From positions 4,640,001 to 4,704,000 of the forward strand of contig OY969763.1 of assembly GCA_963702845.1 (NCBI GenBank): a stretch of 64,000 nt of DNA, given 5' to 3'. The position numbers and the translations under genes were made by a program. The DNA is from an uncultured Verrucomicrobiae bacterium. GTDB taxonomy: Bacteria; Verrucomicrobiota; Verrucomicrobiia; Limisphaerales; Palsa-1400. The notes below the pieces were generated by a model. That model worked only from the letters and a program-made list of their open reading frames with translations, was not told the DNA's origin and ran no database searches. Position 1 is the stretch's first letter, and each line of letters begins with the position of its first letter. Of the stretch, positions 41,301 to 50,503 are shown one piece after another.

Positions 41301-44300
41301 ATAATTGTTGGCGCAAGAACCAGCAACGGTCGATTCACTGAGGCTGACGCTCGCGTTGGTGTCACAGGTATCGGTTCCTGTCGGCGAAGCTGCCGCAGGA
41401 ATGGAATCGCATTGGACGGTCGCATCGGCAGGAACTCCAGCCAGCACAGGTGCGGTAGTATCAATTACCGTGATTGTTTGCGTCGCGGTGCTGCTATTGC
41501 CGCAAACGTCGGTCGCGGTCCAAACGCGCGTCAGCACCGAGCTGCCGGCACACGAGCCAGGTGCGTTGGTTTCGCTGAAGCTGATTGTCGGATTGCTATC
41601 ACAGTTATCCGTCGCAGTCGGCGAAGCAGCGGTCGGCACCGCGTCACATTGAACAGTGGCGTCGGCAGGTACTCCGGCCAGAACAGGTGCGGTCGTGTCG
41701 ATCACAGTAACATGCTGCGTGCCACTGCTGCTGTTGCCGCAAGCATCGGTCGCGGTCCACGTTCGGGTCAGCACATAACTGTTGGCGCATGAGCCAGCGC
41801 CGCTGGTTTCATTAAAGCTGACGCTCGGATTGCTGTCGCAGTTGTCAGTCGCGGTTGGGGTCGCCGCTGTCGGCACAGCATTGCATTGCGCCGTTACATC
41901 CGCAGGAACACCCGCGAGCACTGGCGCAGTGCTGTCGTTAACGGTGATGTTTTGAGTTTGAGTCGTGGCGTTGCCGCAAGCATCGGTGGCGGTGTAAGTG
42001 CGCGCGATCGTGTAACGATTTGCGCAGCTACCGGCGGTGACGGCATCATCGGAATGAGTGACTGAAATTGATCCGCCGCAAGCATCCGTTGCGCTGACCG
42101 CGCCATCGTCGGCGGCAGGAACAGAAGCCGAGCATGAATAAGTCGCGTCTGCAGGGAACCCAGTAATCACCGGACCAGTAGCATCATGCACCGTGATCGT
42201 TTGAGTCTGGATGCTGCTGTTACCACAAGCATCCGTCGCCACATACGTGCGCGTGACGGTGAAATTATTCGGGCAATTGCTCGAAGTCACCGAGTCACTC
42301 AAATGCGTCACGGTTACACTTGAACAATCATCACTCGCCACGACCGCGCCATCGTTCGCAGCAGGAACGGCGTTCGCGCAACTCACTGTCGCATCCGCAG
42401 GAACGGACGTAATTGCCGGAGCCGTCGTATCGATGACATTAATGTTCGTCGAGCAAGCACTCGAGCAACCATTCGACGTAACGTTCAACGACAGGCTGAA
42501 ATTCGTATTGCAACCAGCTGCCGCCACCACGCTCACCGATTGAGCGTTCGCCGCACCATCGATTGTCGCTGCGCCGCTGACCGACCACGTATACGAACTC
42601 ATGCCCGCAGGTGCGCTGTAGGAATTCGTGCTGTTCGGACAAACCGTGTTCGCGCCGTTGATCGCGCAGGCCGGAAGCGCCTTCAAAGTCAACGCGCCGG
42701 AAGCCTGCACCGAGCAATGGCTCGTGCCGGTCGAATCGATCACCGTCACCGTGTAAAGACCGCCGTCGGTCACAGAAATCGTTTGTGTCGTCGCGCCGCC
42801 CGGGCTCCACGCATATGAATATGGTGCAGTGCCGCCGCTGGCGTTCGCAGTGATATTACCTGAGGCGCCCGTGCAAACAGTATCAGCTGAGACGCTCGCC
42901 GCGAGAGTCGGTGCAACGCTCACCACCGTCATCTCGATGCAATTCGTGGTGCCAGTTGTGCCAGTCGTCAGGGTAAACGTACCCGCATCGTTCGCCGTAA
43001 CGTTGGCAATTGTCGGATTCTGGTTCGTGCTGGTAAATCCGTTCGGACCAGCCCAGGAATAATAAACATCGCTGCCTGTGTCGGTTGTTATGCCGAATAA
43101 TTGCAACGTGCCGCCTTCGCAAACAGGACCGCTGTTGGAGGCAGTGCAAGTTGCCAGCGGCGCGGTCACAGTTTGCGTCAACGTATTCGTCACGCTGTTG
43201 AAATTGCTGTCGCCACTATAAATCGCAGCAACAGTATGATCGCCTTGAGTCAGCCCCGGAAGGTTGCCGCTGGTCGCGGCACCCGCTGACAGCGCCACCG
43301 GGCTCCCGACAAAATAAATACCGTCAACCACGAACTGAATTGTACCTGTAGGCGAACCCGTCGCAGGTGATCCGGCAGTAACGGTCGCCGTAACAGTTAC
43401 CGATTGATTCACGATCGACGGATTGACCGACGAAGTCACGGCTACCGATGCGTTTCCAGCACCAACGACCTGCGACAACGTCGAGCTTGTGCTCGTGTTA
43501 AAATCAGCAGAGGCACCGTAAACCGCAGTGATCGAATGTGAAGCAGTGTTCAACGAACTCGTCGCGAACGTGGCCGTTCCGCCGCTCAGCGGGCCAGTGC
43601 CCAAAGTCGTTGCGCCATCTTTGAACGTCACTGTTCCAGCGGGGGTACCGCCGCCAGGCGATGTTGCCGTCACCGTTGCTGTGAATGTGACTGACTGGCC
43701 CGAAACCGAAGGATTGGCTGAGGAACTTACTACGGTCGTCGTGTCGGCGGCATTGACCGTCTGAGTCAAAGCCGAGCTCGTGCTCGTATTGAAATCAGTC
43801 GAGGCACCATAAACCGCAGTGATGGAATGCGACGTTGTGCTCAACGCACTCGTCGCGAATGTCGCAGTTCCGCCGCTCAAAGAACCCGTGCCCAAAGTCG
43901 TTGCACCATCTTTGAACGTGACCGTTCCAGTCGGCGTGCCACTACCGGGCGATGACGCGCTCACTGTCGCGGTGAAGGTCACCGATTGACCAGAAACAGA
44001 TGGGTTAGTCCCAGAAGTCACCGCAGTCGTCGTGTTCGCAGCATTGACGTTTTGTGTCAGCGCCGAACTCGTGCTCGTATTGAAATTGCTGTCAGCACCA
44101 TAGACCGCCGTGATCGAGTGCGACGTTGTGCTCAACGAACTCGTCGCGAAAGTGGCCGTTCCGCCGCTCACCGTTCCAGTGCCCAAAGTGGTAGCGCCAT
44201 CTTTAAACGTCACCGTTCCAGTCGGCGTGCCGCTCGCAGGAGACACTGCGCTTACCGTCGCTGTGAAAGTCACTGATTGACCCGAAACCGAAGGATTCGC

Positions 44301-47300
44301 GGACGAACTCACCGCCGTCGTAGTGCTAGCCGCGTTGACCGTTTGCGTCAGAATCGAGCTCGTGCTCGTGTTGAAATTGCTGTCAGCACCGTAGACCGCG
44401 GTGATTGAATGAGAGGTCGTGCTCAAAGCGCTCGTTGAGAACGTCGCCGATCCGCCGCTCAAACTTCCAGTGCCCAAGGTCGTCGCACCATCTTTAAACG
44501 TGACCGTTCCAGTCGGCGCGCCGCTGCCAGGCGATGATGCTGTCACAGTCGCTGTGAATGTCACAGACTGGCCCGATACAGACGGGTTAGTCCCGGAAGT
44601 CACTGCCGTTGTCGTATTCGCCGCATTGACTGCCTGCGTCAAAGCCGAGCTCGTGCTCGTATTGAAATCAGTCGAACCACCGTAAACCGCAGTGATCGAA
44701 TGCGAACCGGCGTTCGCATAATTTGTAGCAAACGTGGCCGAACCGCCACTCAATGCACCCGTGCCAATGGTGGTCGCACCATCTTTAAAGGTGATTGTTC
44801 CCGTCGGGGTGCCGCTGCCAGGCGCGGTCGCTGTCACAGTCGCTGTAAAAGTCACCGGTTGGCCGGAAACAGAAGGATTCGCCGATGAACCCACCGCAGT
44901 CGTCGTGTTCGCCGCGTTCACGGTCTGGCTCAAGGCCGAACTCGTGCTCGTATTGAAATTCCCGTCGCCGCCGTAAACCGCAGTGATCGAGTGCGAGCCA
45001 GCGTTCGCATAGTTGGTTGCGAAGGTGGCCGAACCGCCGCTCAACACGCCCGTGCCAACCGTCGCTGCGCCATCTTTAAATGTCACCGTGCCGGTCACGG
45101 TGCCACTTCCCGGGGAAGTAACGGCCACTGTTGCAGTAAATGTCACGGCCTGACCGGAAACCGACGGATTCACATCCGCATTCACCGTCGTGGTTGTAGC
45201 AGCTTTATTCACTGTCTGAGTCAGCGTCGAACTCGTGCTCGTGTTGAAATTGCTGTCAGCGCCATAAACCGCAGTGATCGAATGCGAACCTGCGCTAGCA
45301 TAATTTGTAGCAAATGTGGCCAAACCGCCGCTCAATGCGCCCGTGCCGATCGTGGTCGCACCATCCTTGAACGTAACCGTTCCAGTAGGCGTCCCACTGC
45401 CAGGCGATGATGCAGTCACCGTTGCTGTGAACGTGACTGACTGACCTGAAACAGATGGATTCACTGAGGAACTCAAAGCAGTCGCCGTATTCGCCGCGTT
45501 AACGACTTGGCTTACAGATGAGCTCGTGCTCGTGGAAAAATTGCTATCGCCTCCATATACCGCCGTGATCGAGTGCGTGGTCGTGCTCAACCCACTCGTC
45601 GCAAAAGTCGCCAAACCGCCGCTCACAGCGCCAGTGCCTAAAGTCGTCGCACCATCCTTGAACGTCACAGTTCCAGTAGGCGTTCCGCTGCCAGGCGAGT
45701 TAACAGTAACAGTCGCCGTAAATGTGACAGACTGTCCCGAAACAGACGGATTCACTGAGGAACCCAAAGCAGTCGTCGTTGCTGCCGCATTAACCGTTTG
45801 CGCCAACGCAGGAGAATTCGTGCTCGCATTGAAACTGCTGTCGCCACCGTATTCAGCTACAATCGCATGTGCGCCGGCTGCGGCATAATTTGTCGAATAT
45901 GTCGTCGAGCCACTGCTTAACGCGTTTGTCTTCACAGCGGTGCCGTTGTCTTTGATCACCACGTTACCTGTAGGCGTTCCGCTGCCGGGCGACGTCGCGG
46001 TCACGTTCACTGTATAAGTTACAGATTGTCCTGAAACACTCGGATTCGCACTCGAACCAACCGCAGTTGTTGAACCCGACTTATTGACGATCTGCGTCAG
46101 CGCTGGCGAATTGGTGCTGCCTTTGACGTTCGTGTCACCCGGATACGCCGCCGTAATCGAGTGCGAAGCAATCGCAGTATAATTCGTGCTAAACGTTGCT
46201 TGATTGGCGCTCAAACTGCCGGTTCCGATCGTCGTCGCACCGTCCTTGAACGTCACCGTACCGGTCGCCGTTGCCGTGCCGGTCGCGGTGATGGTCGCGG
46301 TATAAATAACGTTTTGACCATAAACACTCGGATTCGCGCTCGACGTCACCGTATTGGTGCTGCTCGTCTGATTGACCGTCTGGGTCAAAGTCGTAGTGTT
46401 CGTGCTGGTTCTGAAATTCGAATCGCCATTGTAAACAGCCTTGATTGTATGGGCCGCCACATTGAGCGCACTGGTTACGAAGGTCACCGAACCGCTGCTC
46501 AATGTATTCGTTGCCAACGGCGTCGTCCCATCCAGGAACGTAACGGTTCCTGACGGTGTGCCAGTTGCCGGCGAAACAGCGGCGACCGTTGCCGTAAATG
46601 TCACTGATTGGCCGTACGTGCTCGGATTCGTTCCCGATGTGACGGTTGTGGTCGTGTTGCCGTTCGTAATATTGAAGGAAGATGAAGTGTCGCTCGTCAA
46701 TCCGGTCGAATTCGCCTGCAACGTATACCCGGTGCCCGCTTTATTAATAGTTAACGTGCTGAACGTTGCTGTGCCGGCGCTCGCCGTAACAGTTGTCGTA
46801 CCGCCCAAAGTGCCGCCCCCCGGATTCGTTCCAATCGCCATAGTGACAGACCCGTTGGTGGATACCGTGCTACCGAATTGGTCCTGGAATAGCACCGTCA
46901 CCGCTGGTGAAATCGTCGCACCCAACCCTACCGTGGACGGCTGCTGGATAAATGCAACCTGAGCAGGATTACCCACAACTTCCGCCAGCGCTCCCCAAGT
47001 GCCTGAGGAAAGCTGCAAGCCAGAAAGCGCAGCTGTTCCTGATTCAGTCAAATTTCCACTGGCCAGTGGCGTGCCCGCGGTTGGACGCACTTGAATGTTC
47101 TGGTATTGGATGGTGTTCGCAGCCCCCGAGGTCGCGGTGATCGTATTCGTGATTCTCGTTCCATCCGAGGATATTGTACAGTTGTAGGTGCTGTTCAGAG
47201 CGACATTGTTGATGTTGTTGCCAGCGGTCCCGCTACCAGTAGTTATCTTGACTGTTACAGTTACACCCGTATTGAAGACAAAGCCGGAGGGCGCGGTCAA

Positions 47301-47573
47301 AATAATCGTGCCGGTTCCAATAATGTTACCGGAGTTGTTTTCGGCCAGAATTGGTCCGGTCAACGTTGTCCACGCGACGCCGGTTTCGTCGGCAGAAATA
47401 GACGATCCGTTGGTGGCAGCGGTAACTGTGACATGGTCCGGCACCGCTAGCGCCGAGCCAGCAGAAAGGACAAGCGTCAAAAAAGTGAGACAAACGATTC
47501 GCAACAGCGGGGATGCATCATTTGATTTGTTAGAGAAGATACTAAACTTCTCCCAGCTAAGGGTCATGTTCAT
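35367..47573 (-). CDS. Giant (~4068 aa) secreted repeat protein: 12 Ig-like group 3 repeats, PKD/SprB-like units, ~23 Cys-rich HYR-like repeats and a C-terminal non-repeat domain
   Basis: Uninterrupted ORF; signal peptide ending SAGSALA; ~98-aa 'NPSVSGQSVTFTATV…HSITAVYGxD' repeats; 79-aa 'DTTAP…C…ATDxC…C…TRTWTATDACGN' repeats. Start placed at ATG 47573. Confidence 0.9.
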   Translation of the reverse strand: MNMTLSWEKFSIFSNKSNDASPLLRIVCLTFLTLVLSAGSALAVPDHVTVTAATNGSSISADETGVAWTTLTGPILAENNSGNIIGTGTIILTAPSGFVFNTGVTVTVKITTGSGTAGNNINNVALNSTYNCTISSDGTRITNTITATSGAANTIQYQNIQVRPTAGTPLASGNLTESGTAALSGLQLSSGTWGALAEVVGNPAQVAFIQQPSTVGLGATISPAVTVLFQDQFGSTVSTNGSVTMAIGTNPGGGTLGGTTTVTASAGTATFSTLTINKAGTGYTLQANSTGLTSDTSSSFNITNGNTTTTVTSGTNPSTYGQSVTFTATVAAVSPATGTPSGTVTFLDGTTPLATNTLSSGSVTFVTSALNVAAHTIKAVYNGDSNFRTSTNTTTLTQTVNQTSSTNTVTSSANPSVYGQNVIYTATITATGTATATGTVTFKDGATTIGTGSLSANQATFSTNYTAIASHSITAAYPGDTNVKGSTNSPALTQIVNKSGSTTAVGSSANPSVSGQSVTYTVNVTATSPGSGTPTGNVVIKDNGTAVKTNALSSGSTTYSTNYAAAGAHAIVAEYGGDSSFNASTNSPALAQTVNAAATTTALGSSVNPSVSGQSVTFTATVTVNSPGSGTPTGTVTFKDGATTLGTGAVSGGLATFATSGLSTTTHSITAVYGGDSNFSTSTSSSVSQVVNAANTATALSSSVNPSVSGQSVTFTATVTASSPGSGTPTGTVTFKDGATTIGTGALSGGLATFATNYASAGSHSITAVYGADSNFNTSTSSTLTQTVNKAATTTTVNADVNPSVSGQAVTFTATVAVTSPGSGTVTGTVTFKDGAATVGTGVLSGGSATFATNYANAGSHSITAVYGGDGNFNTSTSSALSQTVNAANTTTAVGSSANPSVSGQPVTFTATVTATAPGSGTPTGTITFKDGATTIGTGALSGGSATFATNYANAGSHSITAVYGGSTDFNTSTSSALTQAVNAANTTTAVTSGTNPSVSGQSVTFTATVTASSPGSGAPTGTVTFKDGATTLGTGSLSGGSATFSTSALSTTSHSITAVYGADSNFNTSTSSILTQTVNAASTTTAVSSSANPSVSGQSVTFTATVSAVSPASGTPTGTVTFKDGATTLGTGTVSGGTATFATSSLSTTSHSITAVYGADSNFNTSTSSALTQNVNAANTTTAVTSGTNPSVSGQSVTFTATVSASSPGSGTPTGTVTFKDGATTLGTGSLSGGTATFATSALSTTSHSITAVYGASTDFNTSTSSALTQTVNAADTTTVVSSSANPSVSGQSVTFTATVTATSPGGGTPAGTVTFKDGATTLGTGPLSGGTATFATSSLNTASHSITAVYGASADFNTSTSSTLSQVVGAGNASVAVTSSVNPSIVNQSVTVTATVTAGSPATGSPTGTIQFVVDGIYFVGSPVALSAGAATSGNLPGLTQGDHTVAAIYSGDSNFNSVTNTLTQTVTAPLATCTASNSGPVCEGGTLQLFGITTDTGSDVYYSWAGPNGFTSTNQNPTIANVTANDAGTFTLTTGTTGTTNCIEMTVVSVAPTLAASVSADTVCTGASGNITANASGGTAPYSYAWSPGGATTQTISVTDGGLYTVTVIDSTGTSHCSVQASGALTLKALPACAINGANTVCPNSTNSYSAPAGMSSYTWSVSGAATIDGAANAQSVSVVAAAGCNTNFSLSLNVTSNGCSSACSTNINVIDTTAPAITSVPADATVSCANAVPAANDGAVVASDDCSSVTVTHLSDSVTSSNCPNNFTVTRTYVATDACGNSSIQTQTITVHDATGPVITGFPADATYSCSASVPAADDGAVSATDACGGSISVTHSDDAVTAGSCANRYTIARTYTATDACGNATTQTQNITVNDSTAPVLAGVPADVTAQCNAVPTAATPTATDNCDSNPSVSFNETSGAGSCANSYVLTRTWTATDACGNSSSGTQHVTVIDTTAPVLAGVPADATVQCDAVPTAASPTATDNCDSNPTISFSETNAPGSCAGSSVLTRVWTATDVCGNSSTATQTITVIDTTAPVLAGVPADATVQCDSIPAAASPTGTDTCDTNASVSLSESTVAGSCANNYVLTRTWTATDACGNSSSASQTINVIDTTAPVIAGVPADATVQCDSVPAAATPTATDTCDANPSISFDESSAAGSCANSYVLTRTWTATDACGNTSTAAQTITVIDTTAPVIAGVPADATVQCDAVPTAATATATDTCDSNPTISLNESSAAGTCANSYVLTRVWTATDVCGNSSTATQTITVIDTVAPVLAGVPADATAQCNAVPTAATPTATDTCDSNPHISFNESSATGSCAGSYVLTRTWTASDACGNSSSSTQHVTVIDTTAPVLAGVPADATVQCDAVTTAASPTATDNCDSNPTISFSETNAPGSCAGSSVLTRVWTATDVCGNSSTATQTITVIDTTAPLLAGVPADATVQCDAVPLVASPTATDNCDTNAAISFNQTSAAGSCTNSYVLTRTWTATDACGNSSSASQTITVIDTTAPVIAGVPAAATVQCDAVPTAASPTATDTCDNNPSISFNESSAAGSCSNSYVLTRTWTATDACGNTSTAAQTITVIDSTAPVIAGVPADVTVQCDAVPTAATPTATDTCDSAPVVSLAETISNGATVGQFVITRTWTATDACGNTSTAAQHITAFDSIAPALAGVPADTTVECSAISPAATPTASDNCDPHPVVSVAESTAAGSCAGSFVLTRTWTATDASGNSSSASQTITVHDTTAPTITGVPADATVQCDVVPTAATLTATDNCDTNATVSMSETRVNGTCTNSYTLSRTWTATDACGNSSSATQTITVIDTTAPVITGVPSNTTVQCDSVPGAASPTATDGCDSNPTLTFNESTVNGSCAGNYVITRTWTATDICGNSSVKTQTITVHDTIAPIIAGVPADVTVQCNAVSTAATATATDNCDSNPTVSFAETTATGPCAGSYVLTRTWTATDVCGNSSTAAQHITVIDTIAPVLAGVPTSTTAQCNAIPTAATPTATDNCDSNPHVSLNESTVTGSCANSYVLTRTWTATDACGNHSSASQTITVIDTTGPVLAGVPANTTAQCGSVPTAATPTATDTCDNNPHVTLSESTVTGSCAGNYVLTRTWTATDACGNSSTASQTITVSDSIAPVLAGVPPSTTAQCSSVPTAATPTASDNCDSNPHISFNESSAAGSCANSYVLTRTWTATDACGNSSSATQTVTVVDTTAPVLAGVPANTTAQCSAVPPAATPTATDNCDSNPNVSMNQTTTAGSSANNYTITRTWTATDACGNTSTGHQIITVMDSTAPALVGVPASTTATCALVPTAPTLTATDNCDATANVALVESSTQTGSGCSHDSYTITRTWTATDSSGNTSTGVQTITVTPVAPVITGFPANATYSCASSVPAANDTLVTAGDACGAAVAITHDADVISGQTCANHYTITRTYHATSACGTVVSQSQTITVDDSTAPTITGFPADATYTSINQIPAANDSLITATDNCGAGVTVTHSADATVNVVDAHHFQVQRTYTATDACGNATSQTQTFTINSAATVTVTITGSVDVVTNKPTWTFHGTASGENPIASIHYSLNGGADHVASGTATWTTPQLTLLAGTNRFAVYAVDNQNNQSTISNAVVFYATSNKLVVVIQDWPHKGNASTASILPSDIVNKVKKVMIGKTYSLTAVPKTNRHFLGWFDSTNANATLFSTDLTFAYVFDPTKTLVARFEDPFYYIKGNYSGLFSEPTVRSLSAGYISISMPEVVDPSANKFSAKVINGGQKTSVSAKNASFDMTGHSHFTAAAMTVDLYADLSSGFTGVITGTVTTVSWTANVTLYRDINKTEVPAAARFTMALPPQGDSPNGYGYGAINRVKSGNVAIAGTMADGSAWVAQAGKPSADGHFPLFGELYKKNPNGVLWGWLQFTGDQQGVTGNLYWFRPASVTTAPATPNFPAGITNTNIVIIGSPYSASTISFNDWTKNGVVFLYDGNRKGVTNIVTKALGVVQDPNYNPTNKVVLKITATTGLMGTSFQDPNDKKTDKIKGVVLQNQSMAAGLFYRTNAGQFLLQELP

Positions 47574-47736
47574 AGGGGATGCCTTTGGTTTTCCGTGATT
47601 TTTCTGAAATTGACGAGCGGCTCTTACAAATGTACGCGTTGATTCGACGGCGTGGCTCGAATCATGAGCCGACACCCTATCACCATGTAGGATACAAAGC
47701 GACATATTTCTCAGCTTTTCTCTCATGTTTATTTTG

Positions 47737-47887
47737 TGTGACACCGCACGGGTTGTCACAAATTGGTGAATTAAACCCAATCCCTCCTTGCAAGGAATAT
47801 TGCGGCGGACGCTAGCAGCCCAACCTATAGTGTCAATTAAATGATGGACACCATTAGGGCTGCACACAATGCGGCACCGCACTTGCA
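47737..47887 (+). promoter_or_regulatory. Sigma54-type -24/-12 promoter with upstream inverted repeat (candidate enhancer)
   Basis: CGGCAC-CGCAC-TTGCA at 47872-47887; TGTGACA-N10-TGTCACA at 47737-47760. Confidence 0.5.
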
Positions 47888-47957
47888 AATCGAGTAATGC
47901 CCCTACTGAGCAAGTGGCATACCATTTGACAGGCGTGTCAACTATAAGCTACAGGAT

Positions 47958-47996
47958 TGTCGGAAATCTGACTTTTTTGTCGGAAAACCTGACAAT
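47958..47996. promoter_or_regulatory. Tandem near-palindromic operator-like boxes
   Basis: TGTCGGAAATCTGAT-like direct repeats: TGTCGGAAATCTGAC and TGTCGGAAAACCTGACA, about 20 bp apart, each pseudo-palindromic. Confidence 0.5.
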
Positions 47997-48210
47997 TAGC
48001 ACTGCCTTACGGCAGCAGCGAACGCTCTATAAACCATAGTTTTTGCCACTTAAGCCGTTTGTCGTAAGAATCTTGTCACTCTGTCAACAAATGTTGTGGG
48101 TAAATGGCAGCGTGTGTGCTTAATGTGACAGTTCGCCTTCGAACAAGGCGTTGAAAAACGGGTCGGCAATTGAAAACCAGACTGAGTCCGCTGCACAAAA
48201 TCCTATCGAT

Positions 48211-50391
48211 ATGAGAAGAGTTATTAGCGTCGCGATGGTCGCGCTGCTCGCAAATTCATTGGCGCTGCACGCAACGCCTAAACTTCGCCTCTCCGATGGC
48301 ACAACCACGGTCACGGTCGCAGACGGCGATCCGAATGATCAATACCCCGACGCAGGTGTTGTCATCTACAATGGCCCCGTCGGCTCTATGTGGCAGATTA
48401 ACGTGACCGTCGGCATAACCAAGCCAGCCCAAGGCACTCCGGCTCAGCCGTTTATGGATTTGGATACCTTTAACTTATCCACAGGTGCCGCCAACCTGAC
48501 CATTCTATACTCAGACACCGACTTTACTGCGGGTATTGGCACGTTCGACGCGGAAGTCGGGGGAACCAGCGACGGCTCTGTCGATTTCAACTTCTACCTC
48601 GACAGCAACAACACGCTGTTCGGTTCCAACACCCTGCTGGCCAGTTTCGTAAATCAAACAAGCGTCTACAATGGTAGTTCCAACGGCCCTGTAAACCTTA
48701 GTGCGCCCTATGCGATGACCTTGGAAGCGAATATCCGCCATGCAGGCGCAGGCAGCACTGGCTTTGACCAACAGCTCTTTATCACGCCGACTCAATTCCA
48801 ACCGCCCACCGTTCAATGCGTCGGCGACATCAACCTCGGTTGCAATCCGACGAATATCCCAAGCTGCGACACCAATTCTCTGACCGTCGCCGCCTCCTGT
48901 GGCGTTTCCAATATCACCTGCAGCGCCGCTGGTCCTGACATTGTCACCGGTTGCGTTCATGAACGTGATTTGGTTTACACCGTCACTGACAATTGCGGCC
49001 AAAGCACCAGTTGCACACAACACATTTACTGGTCGGTTGACAAGAACGCTCCGAGCTTCACCCAGTGCCCGACAGACATGGATCTTGGTTGCAACCCCAG
49101 CACCATTCCCGATTGCGATTTGAGCCAGGTTTCAGCCACTGACGACTGCGGCCGCGCCGTAATCGTTTGTGCAAAATCCGACTCCGCCACCGGCTGCGCC
49201 CACACCCGCACCCTGACCTACACTGCGACCGATGCTTGCGGCAATAGTGCGACTTGCATCCAACACCTCACATGGACCGCCGACACTACGCCGCCAATCT
49301 TCACCAAGTGTGCTGCCGACGTTGATCTCGGTTGCAACCCGATATTTGTTCCAAGTTGCAGCACTCCAAACCTCGTCGCAGCGACAGACAATTGCGGGGT
49401 GGTAACAGTCTCCTGCCTCTCCTCAGAATCCGTCAGTGGTTGCACTCACTCGCGCACCCTCACTTTCATCGCCGTCGATGCCTGCTTGAACACCGCCTCG
49501 TGCGTGCAGCACATCACTTGGACAGTCGACACAACCCCGCCGTCCATCACTTGCCCAAACAGCCTGAACCTTGCAGCAACCGATACCGTTCCGTCCCCGA
49601 ACGTAAACTCCGTTACAGCGTCTGACGACTGCAGTTCAGTCACGGTGTCCTATCTCGGCGCCGTCACCAATGGCAACTGCCCGAAAGTAATCACGCGCAT
49701 CTACCAGGCATCGGACACCTGCGGCAACACAGCCACATGCAGCCAAACGATCAGCATTGATTGCCCACCACAATGCACCGGCGTGAGCAACGCCATTACT
49801 TCGAACTTCAATGGCACGTCAATCAATCCGACCAACTACATCTGGTTTTGCGCGAATCTCTCCGCCACGGGCATCCCCTCGACCGGCACAACGATTTACG
49901 TCAAGAGCCAGACGGTGACGATCGTCTCCGCCAACGGAACGTTCACTTACAATATCCCCAACGGTAAAATCGTCTTCAGCCCAGTCGCAACCTGTTCAAC
50001 GACGACCTTCGACGGAACACAATGGGTTACGACCGTTCCGCTTGCCGGCAGCGACGAAATCTTCTTCGCAGGTCTCGGCGTCAAAGTGGGTGTCGATGTC
50101 AAAGCAGCAAACCCCGTGACATGGTCCGGCATCTTTACTGCCAATAACACAGGCGTCGCCGTCAAATGGAAATGGAGCGCGGCCGTTTACAAGACGGACA
50201 TGAGCCAGGCGCAATACAACAACCTGGGCGTCAAACCGACGCACACCTCCGCTTGCGCCTACGCGAATTCCGACCACGCGGGCACACCCGAAAACAAGAA
50301 GACCTATGTCATCGGTGGCGCTCGTGGCGGTGGCGGCTCCGACTGGACCGGTTCGTGGTCCGGCACTGGCAGCGTAACTCTTTGCCCGTAA
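48211..50391 (+). CDS. Secreted protein with four Cys-rich HYR-like repeats and unassigned N- and C-terminal beta domains
   Basis: Signal peptide MRRVISVAMVALLANSLALHA; 'RTLTYTATDACGN' repeats; ends GGARGGGGSDWTGSWSGTGSVTLCP. Confidence 0.85.
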   Translation: MRRVISVAMVALLANSLALHATPKLRLSDGTTTVTVADGDPNDQYPDAGVVIYNGPVGSMWQINVTVGITKPAQGTPAQPFMDLDTFNLSTGAANLTILYSDTDFTAGIGTFDAEVGGTSDGSVDFNFYLDSNNTLFGSNTLLASFVNQTSVYNGSSNGPVNLSAPYAMTLEANIRHAGAGSTGFDQQLFITPTQFQPPTVQCVGDINLGCNPTNIPSCDTNSLTVAASCGVSNITCSAAGPDIVTGCVHERDLVYTVTDNCGQSTSCTQHIYWSVDKNAPSFTQCPTDMDLGCNPSTIPDCDLSQVSATDDCGRAVIVCAKSDSATGCAHTRTLTYTATDACGNSATCIQHLTWTADTTPPIFTKCAADVDLGCNPIFVPSCSTPNLVAATDNCGVVTVSCLSSESVSGCTHSRTLTFIAVDACLNTASCVQHITWTVDTTPPSITCPNSLNLAATDTVPSPNVNSVTASDDCSSVTVSYLGAVTNGNCPKVITRIYQASDTCGNTATCSQTISIDCPPQCTGVSNAITSNFNGTSINPTNYIWFCANLSATGIPSTGTTIYVKSQTVTIVSANGTFTYNIPNGKIVFSPVATCSTTTFDGTQWVTTVPLAGSDEIFFAGLGVKVGVDVKAANPVTWSGIFTANNTGVAVKWKWSAAVYKTDMSQAQYNNLGVKPTHTSACAYANSDHAGTPENKKTYVIGGARGGGGSDWTGSWSGTGSVTLCP

Positions 50392-50407
50392 GACGGGTGA
50401 TTCGCTG

Positions 50408-50446
50408 AAAGAACGCGCGGATGATTTCATCCGCGCGTTCTTTTTT
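50408..50446 (+). terminator. Intrinsic terminator
   Basis: GAACGCGCGGATGA/TCATCCGCGCGTTC stem followed by TTTTTT. Confidence 0.85.
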
Positions 50447-50452
50447 GTACGC

Positions 50453-50488
50453 AAAAAAACGCCCAAGCCGGAGTGGCCTGGGCGTTTT
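50453..50488 (-). terminator. Intrinsic terminator of clpC
   Basis: CGCCCAGGCC/GGCTTGGGCG stem followed by a T7 run on the minus strand. Confidence 0.8.
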
Positions 50489-50503
50489 GCAATTATCGTG
50501 TCT

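Noticed and set aside
36900..46700. Many + strand ORFs and regular DNA repeats suggesting an array or mobile element
   Set aside because: They are antisense shadows and coding repeats of the giant minus-strand protein.
47574..47888. 105-aa N-terminal extension of the 4173-aa ORF
   Set aside because: It starts at TTG, precedes the signal peptide and overlaps regulatory-looking motifs; ATG 47573 is more plausible.
47926..47948. Sigma70 promoter from TTGACA in the TTGACAGGCGTGTCAA palindrome
   Set aside because: No -10 hexamer at 16-18 bp spacing on either strand; it may be an operator but this is unsupported.
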